Assembly: GCA_963676795.2 (NCBI GenBank)
Contig: CAXXTB010000001.1
Coordinates: 1,184,001-1,248,000, forward strand
Direction of reading: 5' to 3'
Length of the DNA stretch: 64,000 nucleotides
From: Geopsychrobacteraceae bacterium
Lineage (GTDB): Bacteria; Desulfobacterota; Desulfuromonadia; Desulfuromonadales; Geopsychrobacteraceae
The notes beneath the pieces were generated by a model. That model did no database searches. It was not told the DNA's origin and saw nothing but the letters and a program-made list of their open reading frames with translations. Of this stretch, positions 10,898 through 20,033 are shown in pieces (the first letter of the stretch is position 1; the number at the start of each line of letters is the position of its first letter). The translations under genes and the position numbers were made by a program.

Positions 10898-11201
10898 GAT
10901 TTTGCCGGGTTCCGGGTGAGTTACTGCCGCATCAGCTCCTGACCTTTTTTAGAAAAACATTCTACAACTTGTAAATGACACTGCCTGGTCATTCTCAACC
11001 GTATTTAATATTGACTGTAGTTCGGTCAAGATTATATTCTCATACAAGTTAATAAGACCAAAAAAATCAATTGCTTAGGTTTCTTATTTGCGATAGCTAA
11101 GGTCGCCGGTCTGTATTGCTGTTAATATTTGCTTATGCACCGCAGAGCACAGCTGATTTCGGGTTCACTGGTGATCTCGGGGGTGGAGAGGATCTGGCCT
11201 T

Positions 11202-12788
11202 ATGAAAATTTCCATTAAGCTGATTATTGAAGAGCTGAACTACGATTATGAGGATTACCTGGAGGAGAATGATAATCCCGAATTCTGCCATGCCGAGCTT
11301 CTGGTCCCCAATTCGCCCGGTCTCTCACCGGACAACCTGGTCATCTGCCTGCTCAGCGAAGCTCTGGAAATGCCGAAGAGCTCGGATTCTCCCTATTTCA
11401 TCTGCATTCGTGACCGTTTGGTGGATGATCGTGAGAATGAACAGTCGTTGAAGAACATGGTTGTTATCCGCAAGAATATTACCCTGAGGGAACTGTTCAA
11501 CAGCGTTCAGAAGATTTTCACCCGGATCAATAATTGGGTGATGGAGATGCAGCTCGCCGTTCTGCAGGACAGGGGACTGCAGTCCATTCTGGCGATGAGC
11601 GAAGCGGTGATCGGCAACCATATTGTTGTCCTTGATTCGACCTTCAAGCTACTCGCTTACACGCGCAACATCAGGGTTAATGACGAAATCACCAACCGGC
11701 TTGTCGAACATGGCTATCATACCGAGGAGTCGCTGACCCGCTTTCAGGTCATACGCCGTATCGAAGAGTTCAGCGGGGGGGACGATATCCAGGTCAGTGA
11801 AGACCGCTTGACCTCCGAGTATACAATTGTCAAGAAGGTCTACCATCACATTGCCCCCTTTTCCAATATTGTCGTCATGATCTGCCACCACAGGCAGTAC
11901 AGCACCGGTCTGCGTAACCTGTTCAATCTGATGCTTGATTACGTCAAGATTTATCTCGATCGTGCCTTTACTCTCCACGGTGGGCACAAGCCGACGGAAT
12001 CTTTGTTCCGTGATCTGATAGAGAATGAAAATATCCAGGAAGAAGAGGTCAAAACCCGGTCCACATACACCAAAATCCCCTTTGACGGCTACTTTGACCT
12101 GTTCAAGCTGGTGCTCAGTGATCAGGCCAATGCCCCGATGAACAGGGCGATCATGCTGCTCAACAGTATGATTCCGGACGCCGAAGTCATTCTTTATCAC
12201 CACAATATCCTGATCCTTAATATCTATAAGGATGCGGATATCGAGTCTTCACGCAAAAGGCGTCTGCGCTGGTTGTGGGAGACCGTTGGCAAGCAGGCTG
12301 CCCGGTGTGGCATCAGTAATCAGTTCGGCAACATCATGGAGCTGAATACCGCCTATGTGCAGGCGACTGTCGCCATCGATTTCGGTAAAAGGTTCAAGGA
12401 AGAGAGACGTCCTCAGAAGAAGAATTCCGGGCCGAACAACTACAGGATCGAGGACTTCTATCACTACTGGATGATTGAGCACTGCCTGAACAAGATGCCG
12501 GCTATCTTTGCCAACAGTGCGACTTTTGGCGCCGTGAACAAGCTGCATGAGTACGACCTGGGCCACGGGACCAGGAATGTCCGGTTGCTGCAATGCTACC
12601 TGGAGTGTGATCGCAAAGCGACGGAAACCAGCAACAGGATCTTCATGCACAGAAATACCGTGCTCTATCATGTTGAAAGGATCGAAGCGATGCTTGGCCT
12701 CGATCTGAATGATCCGGAAACCCGCCTGAAGCTGCTGCTCGCCCTGAAAGCTTTTGATCTGGAGCATGACCTTTCCTCTGTGCCTTAG
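11202..12788 (+). CDS. PucR/CdaR family transcriptional regulator
   Basis: C-terminal HTH (TSNRIFMHRNTVLYHVERIEAMLGLDL) preceded by degenerate GGDEF-like region (CGISNQF). Confidence 0.9.
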   Translation: MKISIKLIIEELNYDYEDYLEENDNPEFCHAELLVPNSPGLSPDNLVICLLSEALEMPKSSDSPYFICIRDRLVDDRENEQSLKNMVVIRKNITLRELFNSVQKIFTRINNWVMEMQLAVLQDRGLQSILAMSEAVIGNHIVVLDSTFKLLAYTRNIRVNDEITNRLVEHGYHTEESLTRFQVIRRIEEFSGGDDIQVSEDRLTSEYTIVKKVYHHIAPFSNIVVMICHHRQYSTGLRNLFNLMLDYVKIYLDRAFTLHGGHKPTESLFRDLIENENIQEEEVKTRSTYTKIPFDGYFDLFKLVLSDQANAPMNRAIMLLNSMIPDAEVILYHHNILILNIYKDADIESSRKRRLRWLWETVGKQAARCGISNQFGNIMELNTAYVQATVAIDFGKRFKEERRPQKKNSGPNNYRIEDFYHYWMIEHCLNKMPAIFANSATFGAVNKLHEYDLGHGTRNVRLLQCYLECDRKATETSNRIFMHRNTVLYHVERIEAMLGLDLNDPETRLKLLLALKAFDLEHDLSSVP

Positions 12789-13178
12789 GCTTTGGTCTGA
12801 AACAGCCCTGATGGACAACTGGCTAGTGCGATTGGCCCTCCGGTTGATCCTCCGTGGTCGATTTGTCCGAAGGATTGGTTGAAATCGGACTTTTACAGGC
12901 GCTGGGCCGCTCTATGTTCCAGTGTTCAGAGCTTCTGGCTGTATCGGATCTCACCTTTTCATGTCCCTGCCTCTTGGGCGCCATCGTTCTTTTTAAAATC
13001 CTCCAAAAAACAGTCGTAAAAATTTGAACTTCCTCCAATTGTAAAAACTCGCAATTTGTAGCCTTAATATGCCGTGAAAAAACAGGCCGTTACGCTCGGG
13101 CAGTGCAGCATGCCAAAAAGAACAGCTTTAAAGATTCTGCTGCCGGGCATGCATTTTGTTTCATGAAAGGAGACAGTT

Positions 13179-14486
13179 GTGGAAGACAAACAAGCTAAGC
13201 ATTTGGAGGAATGGGCCTCAGGTGCCGGGATAGAATTTGATAGTGAAGAGGCCAAGGCCGCCTATCAATACCGGACCACCCTGATCAAGGACGCCATTCA
13301 GTTACAGAAGACCCCGGACCGGGTACCGATTGCCCCATTCGTGACCTGGGCGCCGATGGTCCTCTATAACGTGACCGCCAAGGATGCGATGTACGACGCT
13401 GATGTTCTTGGCAAGGTCTTCCATGATTTTGCCCACGAATTTGATGCCGATGCGGCCAATATGCCTGCCAAGTGCAGCTACGGGCCAACCCTGGATGCCA
13501 TGGATTACAGCCTATACAAATGGGCGGGCGGCGGTCTGGACGATAACAGCGCAACCCAGTTTGTTGAAAAAGAGTATATGACCGTCGATGAGTACGATCA
13601 TCTGATCCAGGATCCCACCGACTTCATGTTCCGGGTTTATATGCCGAGGATCGCCGGCAAGTTCAAGGGGATTGCTGATATCGGGACATTCTACGGGCTG
13701 CAGGAAATCACCCTGTCAAACAACCTGTTCACCTCTTTTGGTGCTCCTCAGGTCCGGGAAGCGGTTCTGGCCCTGCTTGAAGCGGGTAAGCAGCACTATG
13801 AGTGGTCTGCCAAGCTGCGTCCACACATCAAGAGCATCCTCTCATCGGGATATCCCTTCCTGTTCGGCGGCAGCACGAAAGTTCCTTTCGATATGCTGGG
13901 CGATACCCTGAGAGGGACCACCCACTTGATGATGGATATGTATCGCCGTCCGGACAAGGTTCTGGCCGCCTGTGAGCGACTTCTGCCGCTGATGATCAAG
14001 ATGGGGGTCGATAGCTTCAAGGCCAGCAAAAACCCGAACATCTTCATCCCTCTGCACAAGGGCGCTGATGGCTTCATGTCTGACAAGCAGTTCCAGAAAT
14101 TCTACTGGCCGTTCATGAAGGCGCTGATGGAAGGCCTGATTGAGGAAGGCTGTGTGCCGTTCTGCTTCGTCGAGGGCTGTTACAACGAGCGCCTGAAATA
14201 TCTGACCGATGTGCCGACAGGGCGCTGCGTCTACTATTTCGACAAGATCGATATGGCCAAAGCGCGTGAGGCCCTTGAAGGAATCGCCTGTATCGCTGGC
14301 GGCTTCCCGGTCTCTCAAATTCTGACCGGTACTGTCGATTCTGTCCGGGATGAAACCAAAAAGATGCTCGAAGTCGCAGCCGGCAATGGCGGTTATATCC
14401 TTGGTATCAGCAGCACTATGGACGAAGTGAACAGGGAGAATTTGCACGCCTTCATGCAGGCGGGCAAGGACTTCGGTAAGTATTAA
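13179..14486 (+). CDS. uroporphyrinogen decarboxylase-family protein, likely corrinoid methyltransferase (MT1/MtaA-like)
   Basis: TPDRVP, FMSDKQFQKFYWP, CIAGG and GGYIL motifs of URO-D fold; adjacent to a corrinoid protein; AAGGAG RBS before GTG. Confidence 0.85.
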   Translation: MEDKQAKHLEEWASGAGIEFDSEEAKAAYQYRTTLIKDAIQLQKTPDRVPIAPFVTWAPMVLYNVTAKDAMYDADVLGKVFHDFAHEFDADAANMPAKCSYGPTLDAMDYSLYKWAGGGLDDNSATQFVEKEYMTVDEYDHLIQDPTDFMFRVYMPRIAGKFKGIADIGTFYGLQEITLSNNLFTSFGAPQVREAVLALLEAGKQHYEWSAKLRPHIKSILSSGYPFLFGGSTKVPFDMLGDTLRGTTHLMMDMYRRPDKVLAACERLLPLMIKMGVDSFKASKNPNIFIPLHKGADGFMSDKQFQKFYWPFMKALMEGLIEEGCVPFCFVEGCYNERLKYLTDVPTGRCVYYFDKIDMAKAREALEGIACIAGGFPVSQILTGTVDSVRDETKKMLEVAAGNGGYILGISSTMDEVNRENLHAFMQAGKDFGKY

Positions 14487-14513
14487 CAGTAAGGGTAAGA
14501 GGAGACAGGTAAA

Positions 14514-15146
14514 ATGCAAGATCTGATCAATGCAATGGTTGAGATGGAGGAAGATACCTTCCTCAGTCTGACAAAAGAACTGCTGGAAAAAGGTGAAGAT
14601 CCTAAAGCGATCTTCCGTGCCTACCAGGACGGCATGACCGAAATCGGCAAGCGTTTCGAACAGAATGAATTTTTCATTCCCGAGCTGATCATGGCCGGCG
14701 AAATGATGAACGATGGTGCCGAGCTGATCAAACCTTATCTGGACGAAACAGAAGAGGTTGAAGAGAGCAAGGTCGGCACCATGGTCCTGGCCACCATCGA
14801 AGGCGATATCCATGATATCGGAAAGAATATCTACGGCATGATGATGGGCCTCAGCGGTTTTGAGGTTATCGACCTGGGGGTCGATGTGCCGGTTGATACC
14901 ATTGTTGCCAAGGTCGAAGAGATCAAGCCTGACCTGGTCGGTATGAGTGGCCTGCTGACACTGGCCTTTGACCCGATGAAGGCCGTTGTCGACAAGCTGA
15001 AAGAAAAAGGGCTGCGCGATACTGTCAAGGTCATGGTTGGCGGTGGTCAGTTCGATCAGACTGTCTGTGATTTTGTCGGTGCCGACGGGTTTGCGACCGA
15101 TGCCGTTGTCGGTGTCAGTCTCTGCAAGAGCTGGATGGCGGCATAA
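14514..15146 (+). CDS. cobalamin-binding (corrinoid) protein of a methyltransferase system
   Basis: B12 cap domain (GMTEIGKRFEQNEFFIPELIMAG), DIHDIGKNI (DxHxxG), SGLLT and VMVGG. Confidence 0.95.
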   Translation: MQDLINAMVEMEEDTFLSLTKELLEKGEDPKAIFRAYQDGMTEIGKRFEQNEFFIPELIMAGEMMNDGAELIKPYLDETEEVEESKVGTMVLATIEGDIHDIGKNIYGMMMGLSGFEVIDLGVDVPVDTIVAKVEEIKPDLVGMSGLLTLAFDPMKAVVDKLKEKGLRDTVKVMVGGGQFDQTVCDFVGADGFATDAVVGVSLCKSWMAA

Positions 15147-15169
15147 GTTCAGTCGTGACGGCTTGTCTG

Positions 15170-15206
15170 AAGGGAGCTGCACAAGGCTTCTGGCAGCTCC
15201 CTTTTT
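15170..15206 (+). terminator. intrinsic terminator
   Basis: AAGGGAGCTGC...GCAGCTCCCTTTTT. Confidence 0.8.
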
Positions 15207-15517
15207 AAGTCTCTGATGACCGCAACAGTAGCAGAAATTGTTTTGCTGTAGAAAATACACAGAAAAGCGCTGTTTTTTTGGAATTACTGCCAATATAAAA
15301 AGTTGCGCAATATTGATAGCATAGCTTCCGGTTTGAGATCTTCTCAGCCTGTGTCGCGACATGAAAACAACGGATGAAATGCAGGTTGTTCTGCCACACC
15401 TCATATCACGTTGTGACGTGGCATCTGGAGGCTTTGCGAAAACGTAGTTGGTTTTTCAGGTGTAGCCTGCCCATTTTCTGGGAGGCACTCGCTAAATTTC
15501 ATTTGGGAGGTTCATAG

Positions 15518-16861
15518 ATGAACAACGATCCACAGAAGATTTTAGATGAAAACCCCATGTCCACGATGCAGTTCGTGGCCGTGGCCATGTGCGTATTACT
15601 CAATGCTCTTGATGGTTTTGACGTTCTTTCCATTGCATTTTCTGCCCCGGGAATCACTTCGGATTGGGGGATTACGCGTGCCGCTCTTGGTATCGTTCTG
15701 TCGATGGAACTGATCGGTATGGCGTTCGGTGCGATTGTCTGCGGCGGGTTGGCTGACAAATTCGGTCGCCGGCCATTGATTCTTGGCTGTCTTATTGTTG
15801 TCGGTGCCGGCATGCTCGCTGCGGGAATGTCGACCGGCGTCTATTCTCTGTCCTTGTTCCGTCTTATTACTGGACTGGGAATCGGTGGCCTGATCGCTTC
15901 CGTCAACTCCCTGGTTGCCGAATACTCCAATAAGCGCAGCAAGCATACGGCCGTTCTGTTCATGGCCGGCGGATTCCCTTTGGGTGTTATTGTCGGTGGC
16001 ATGATCTCTTCGAAATTGATGGTCGCCTACGGCTGGCACTCCATCTTCATTTTTGGCGGGCTTGCCACTTTGGCCTGTTTTGTTCTGTCTCTCTTCCTGC
16101 TGCCGGAGTCTGTTGGTTATCTGGCTGCCCAGCGTCCACTCGGTGCTCTTGAGAAGATCAACAAGACTCTCAAGCGTATGAACCAGCCGCAGATTGGCCA
16201 GCTGCCGGAAATCAAGGCCACTGCAGCGAAACAGCAGAAATCTTATGGGCTGCTGTTTTCCCGGGAATTTCGTTTCGTGACCCTGGCTCTGGTTATTGCT
16301 TACTTTGCCCATATGATGACCCATTACTTCTTCCTTAAATGGGTACCAAAGATTGTCGTCGACATGGGCTATCCGCCGCCACTCGCCGGTGGGGTTCTGG
16401 TCTGGGTCAATATCGGTGGTCTGGCTGCTGCCTTCCTGATGGGGATTCTGGCCAAGAAGGTGCCGATTCGCGCCCTGGTCATCTGTGCGCTCTTTTTGAC
16501 CGCCGCCGGTATCACCTTCTTCGGTGTGTACTCCAAAGATATCAGCACCCTTAAGGTTGCATCGACCTGCGCCGGATTCTTTGCCCAGGCTTCGATGGTC
16601 GGTATCTATGCCCTGTTCGCTCATGTCTTCCCGACCAAGGTCCGCTCCAGCGGTACCGGCCTGATCATGGGCCTGGGACGCGGTGGTGCGGTTCTCGGCC
16701 CGATCGCTGGTGGTATCCTGTTCACCTCCGGCGCCGGCTTGGGGACTGTCGCCATGATCATGGCCGCGGGCTCATTTGTCGGAGGGATCGCGATCCTGTT
16801 CCTGAAATTCCCAGCATCGGAAGAGGCTGTAGCGGGAAATGGCAAGCAGCAGGTTGCCTAA
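15518..16861 (+). CDS. MFS transporter, aromatic acid:H+ symporter-like (PcaK/BenK/VanK type)
   Basis: LDGFD in TM1, GLADKFGRR, LPES and FPTKVRSSGTG; about 12 TM. Confidence 0.88.
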   Translation: MNNDPQKILDENPMSTMQFVAVAMCVLLNALDGFDVLSIAFSAPGITSDWGITRAALGIVLSMELIGMAFGAIVCGGLADKFGRRPLILGCLIVVGAGMLAAGMSTGVYSLSLFRLITGLGIGGLIASVNSLVAEYSNKRSKHTAVLFMAGGFPLGVIVGGMISSKLMVAYGWHSIFIFGGLATLACFVLSLFLLPESVGYLAAQRPLGALEKINKTLKRMNQPQIGQLPEIKATAAKQQKSYGLLFSREFRFVTLALVIAYFAHMMTHYFFLKWVPKIVVDMGYPPPLAGGVLVWVNIGGLAAAFLMGILAKKVPIRALVICALFLTAAGITFFGVYSKDISTLKVASTCAGFFAQASMVGIYALFAHVFPTKVRSSGTGLIMGLGRGGAVLGPIAGGILFTSGAGLGTVAMIMAAGSFVGGIAILFLKFPASEEAVAGNGKQQVA

Positions 16862-16932
16862 AGAAATACGTTCAATCAACTCATAAGGTTCACTGCAACA
16901 TGTTTGCGTGAAATGCACACCATCCTCACTTG

Positions 16933-16973
16933 GTCAAAGGCTGCTTGCTGTGGCAGCCTTTGACATTTTTTTT
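16933..16973. terminator. intrinsic terminator between convergent genes
   Basis: GTCAAAGGCTGC...GCAGCCTTTGAC plus T8. Confidence 0.85.
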
Positions 16974-16978
16974 GCCGG

Positions 16979-18445
16979 TCAGAAGGTGCCAAGGCCGGTC
17001 CACTCCTGCAAGCGATACTGAATTTTTTTGGCCGGAGAAGTATCGGCAAAGGTCAGATAATCGACCGTATAGATTCCGTCCAGGTTGTTCCAGAGTCGGT
17101 TGAAATAAACGGCGGCGTCGTTCATCAGCGCTGTCGATCTATTGCCCGTGATCAGCAGGTTCGTTTCCAGGTTGTAGTTCGCTACATTCCGCCGTGTCAG
17201 GTTGGCCGAGCCGCCAAGCAGTTGGCACTCTCCTGACTCTCTTTCGATCAGGGTCAGCTTGCTGTGAAATTGCTCGCCGTGGGTCTGGTACCAGCGGACT
17301 ATGATCTTTCCCTCTGTTTTTTCAATCAACTCGGCTGCGACCGGGCGGTTGGGAACCCCGTTCTTGCTGTAGCCGAAGGCATCCTTGTTCGGGTCGAGGA
17401 TAATCTCGACGGTAACCCCGCGATTTGCAGCAGCTATGAGCTGCTTCACGATCCTGCGCTGGCCAAGGTAGAACATAGCCATCTGGACTTTGTCGCCCGG
17501 TTGGGTGCTGGCCAGCTGGTGACAGAGGGTGTCACTGATAGCCGCTTCTGTCACCAGGTTGAGTTGCAGTTGTGGTTCTTCCGGGGCACCACCACGGGGC
17601 TGCCGGGCGGGCGGCAGGGGATGGAGTTCCCGGCCGGAGATTCGGGCGACCGCCTGTTCGGACTCATGGAGTTGTTCTGCCAGCTGCGGATCTTTGATCA
17701 GGAGTGCAATGTTGGAATGCCCACTGCTGCCGCCATGTGGGTTGGCCGATGAGACCATGCTGACCAGTTCATCGCCGTGATCGATCACCGCAACCTTGCG
17801 GTGATTGGCCTTGAAGTTGAGTAAGGTCAGCCAGCTGGACAGGCTGACCTTTGTGGCGCTGCCGTCAAAGGGGTGAGCCATAACCTCGCCGCGCGCCGGA
17901 ATCCAGCTCAGCAGCAGGCGCCAGGCTGTCGAATAGATAGGGTTGCTGTCACGCAGCGGCAGCAGGTTGGTGGTGATGACCCTTATCCCAGCGGCCTCAA
18001 GCCTTTGCAGTGAGCGGGCCGGCCAGCCAGCGTAGGCACTGTTGATCGGGTCGGTGATGAGATCGATGATCAACCCCGGCCGTTGCGCTTTGCGGGCGAT
18101 CAGGTGATCGACCAGCTCACCCGCCAGTTTGCGCTGCTGTTGCGGCAGGCGCTGTTGATCGTTGAAGAGGAACATGTCGAGCAGGATGTAGTGCTCGGCC
18201 TCGTCGATGAGCCTGAACAGGGTCGGGAAAATCTGCTCCTGGCGCTGTGGTTCCCCGTTCTCTGAAACACAGCTGAGATCGGCCAGGAAACGGACCTGCG
18301 AGGCCGTTGTCTTCAGTGGAGAGAAACTGGTATTCAGCCCCTGAGGCAGTGGCTTGACGGTATGCCACCAGCCGAACAGGATCAGGCAGAGCAGGATAAA
18401 GATCAGCAGCATGAGCAGGCGCCTCATCTTCCTTTTGCGAAACAT
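16979..18445 (-). CDS. phospholipase D family protein (cardiolipin synthase-like)
   Basis: N-terminal TM; two HKD-type motifs (NHRKVAVID, FHSKLTLIE..GSANLT). Confidence 0.9.
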   Translation of the reverse strand: MFRKRKMRRLLMLLIFILLCLILFGWWHTVKPLPQGLNTSFSPLKTTASQVRFLADLSCVSENGEPQRQEQIFPTLFRLIDEAEHYILLDMFLFNDQQRLPQQQRKLAGELVDHLIARKAQRPGLIIDLITDPINSAYAGWPARSLQRLEAAGIRVITTNLLPLRDSNPIYSTAWRLLLSWIPARGEVMAHPFDGSATKVSLSSWLTLLNFKANHRKVAVIDHGDELVSMVSSANPHGGSSGHSNIALLIKDPQLAEQLHESEQAVARISGRELHPLPPARQPRGGAPEEPQLQLNLVTEAAISDTLCHQLASTQPGDKVQMAMFYLGQRRIVKQLIAAANRGVTVEIILDPNKDAFGYSKNGVPNRPVAAELIEKTEGKIIVRWYQTHGEQFHSKLTLIERESGECQLLGGSANLTRRNVANYNLETNLLITGNRSTALMNDAAVYFNRLWNNLDGIYTVDYLTFADTSPAKKIQYRLQEWTGLGTF

Positions 18446-18465
18446 GTTTTTCCTTCCAGGAGCAT

Positions 18466-18500
18466 AAAAAAGAAAAACGGTATCGCGTGATACCGTTTTT
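18466..18500 (-). terminator. intrinsic terminator after YccA-family gene
   Basis: AAAAACGGTATC-GCGT-GATACCGTTTTT. Confidence 0.75.
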
Positions 18501-18524
18501 CCAATTCATCGATGTGAGCTGCTG

Positions 18525-19232
18525 TTAACGGCGGTTGCCGAAGATGCGCAACAGCATCAGGAACAGGTTGATGAAGTCGAGGTAGAGGGTCAGGGCACCC
18601 ATGATCGTCGCTTTCTTCTGATGTTCGCTGTCGGCGAAGCCCATGGCGCCGATTCTTTTCAGTTTCTGGGTATCGTAAGCGGTCAGGCCGACGAAGATGA
18701 AGACGCCGAGGTAGGTGACAATCCAGGTGATCATCGGGCTGTGCATGAAGATGTTGACCACCGAGGCGATGATGATGCCGAACAGGCCCATCATCAGGAA
18801 GTTGCCGAAACCGGTCAGGTCACGTTTGGTCGCATAGCCGTAGAGGCTCATCACGCCGAAGGTCCCCGCGGTGATCACGAAGGTGCTGACAATCGAGCTG
18901 CTGGTATAGATGGCAAAGATCGCCGCGAAGGTGATGCCGTTGAGCAGCGCATAAATGACAAACATGGCTGTTGCCGCTGAGGCACTGATCCGGTTGATCA
19001 TTGCTGACAGGGCCATGACCAGGCCGAATTCGGCGATAATCAGGATCAGGAAGTTCATCCGGCTGCCGAAGACCAGCTGCTGAACAGCCGGGACGGTCAG
19101 GGTGGCAAACGAGGCAAAGGCGGTCAGAACCAGACCGATAGCCATCCACAGGTAGACCTTGGGCAGGTAGGAGTTGGTCGCCACGATGGCTTGATCGGTT
19201 GAAAAGGTAAAATTTTGATTTGTCGGTTCCAT
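18525..19232 (-). CDS. Bax inhibitor-1/YccA family membrane protein
   Basis: KVYLWM, GLTAYDTQKLK and GALTLYLDFINLF. Confidence 0.95.
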   Translation of the reverse strand: MEPTNQNFTFSTDQAIVATNSYLPKVYLWMAIGLVLTAFASFATLTVPAVQQLVFGSRMNFLILIIAEFGLVMALSAMINRISASAATAMFVIYALLNGITFAAIFAIYTSSSIVSTFVITAGTFGVMSLYGYATKRDLTGFGNFLMMGLFGIIIASVVNIFMHSPMITWIVTYLGVFIFVGLTAYDTQKLKRIGAMGFADSEHQKKATIMGALTLYLDFINLFLMLLRIFGNRR

Positions 19233-19315
19233 GCTTCTCAATTGCTCCTATAGAAAGAGTGTGTTCCCGTTATTATATAGCAGAACTCAATAAAAACCCA
19301 AATCGGCTTTACGTA

Positions 19316-19978
19316 TCATTTTTTGCTTTGCAACGCTCTGTCCAGATCCTCCCCCTTGCCGATGATGATCAGTACATCGCTGTCCTTGATCACATGGTTC
19401 GGTGGCGGGGCCGGTATGAATTCGTCGGTCAGGACATCCTTGATCGCAATGATCGTTAACTGGTACTGCTTGCGCAGGTCGAGTTCGATCAGGGTCTTGC
19501 CGATAAAATGCTTCGGTGGTTCGGTTTCTGAAAGGGAGTATTCCTCCGCCAGGGGGATGTACTCCATGATGTTCGGGGAGGTCAGGTTGTGGGCGATCCG
19601 CCTGGCCATATCCTTTTCCGGATATATGACCTCATTGGCGCCGACCTTTTCGAGGATGCGTCCATGGTCCTCGTTCTGTGCCTTGACGCAGATCCGTTTG
19701 ACTTTCAGCTCTTTCAGGTAGAGGGTGACCAGGGTCGAGATATGCGAACGTTCCCCCATCGAGACGACGACCGCGTCCATGTCGGCGAGCTGCTGGTTCT
19801 TGAGGAACTCCCGGCTTGAGGCATCGCCCTGAATGGCATAGGAGCTGATGTCCTTGGCGGCCTGGACCTTGTCCTTGTCGATATCGATGGCGATGATGTC
19901 GTGGCCGGCTTCATACAGGGCGGCGACGACGTGATAGCCGAAGTTGCCGAGGCCAATGACACAGAATTTTTTCTTCAC
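19316..19978 (-). CDS. K+ uptake NAD-binding subunit (KtrA/TrkA family)
   Basis: VIGLGNFG Rossmann RCK_N plus RCK_C; GTG start with GGAG RBS. Confidence 0.92.
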   Translation of the reverse strand: MKKKFCVIGLGNFGYHVVAALYEAGHDIIAIDIDKDKVQAAKDISSYAIQGDASSREFLKNQQLADMDAVVVSMGERSHISTLVTLYLKELKVKRICVKAQNEDHGRILEKVGANEVIYPEKDMARRIAHNLTSPNIMEYIPLAEEYSLSETEPPKHFIGKTLIELDLRKQYQLTIIAIKDVLTDEFIPAPPPNHVIKDSDVLIIIGKGEDLDRALQSKK

Positions 19979-20033
19979 GCTAAATCTCCTTGGTAAATTC
20001 TTACCAACTGTTGGATAGGTCCTGATGCGGGAC

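Noticed and set aside
13145..13160. Sigma54-like site upstream of the methyltransferase
   Set aside because: GG-N10-GT lacks the conserved GC, and the local regulator is not an AAA+ enhancer-binding protein
13842..15404. 520-aa minus-strand ORF
   Set aside because: Antisense to the methyltransferase and corrinoid genes
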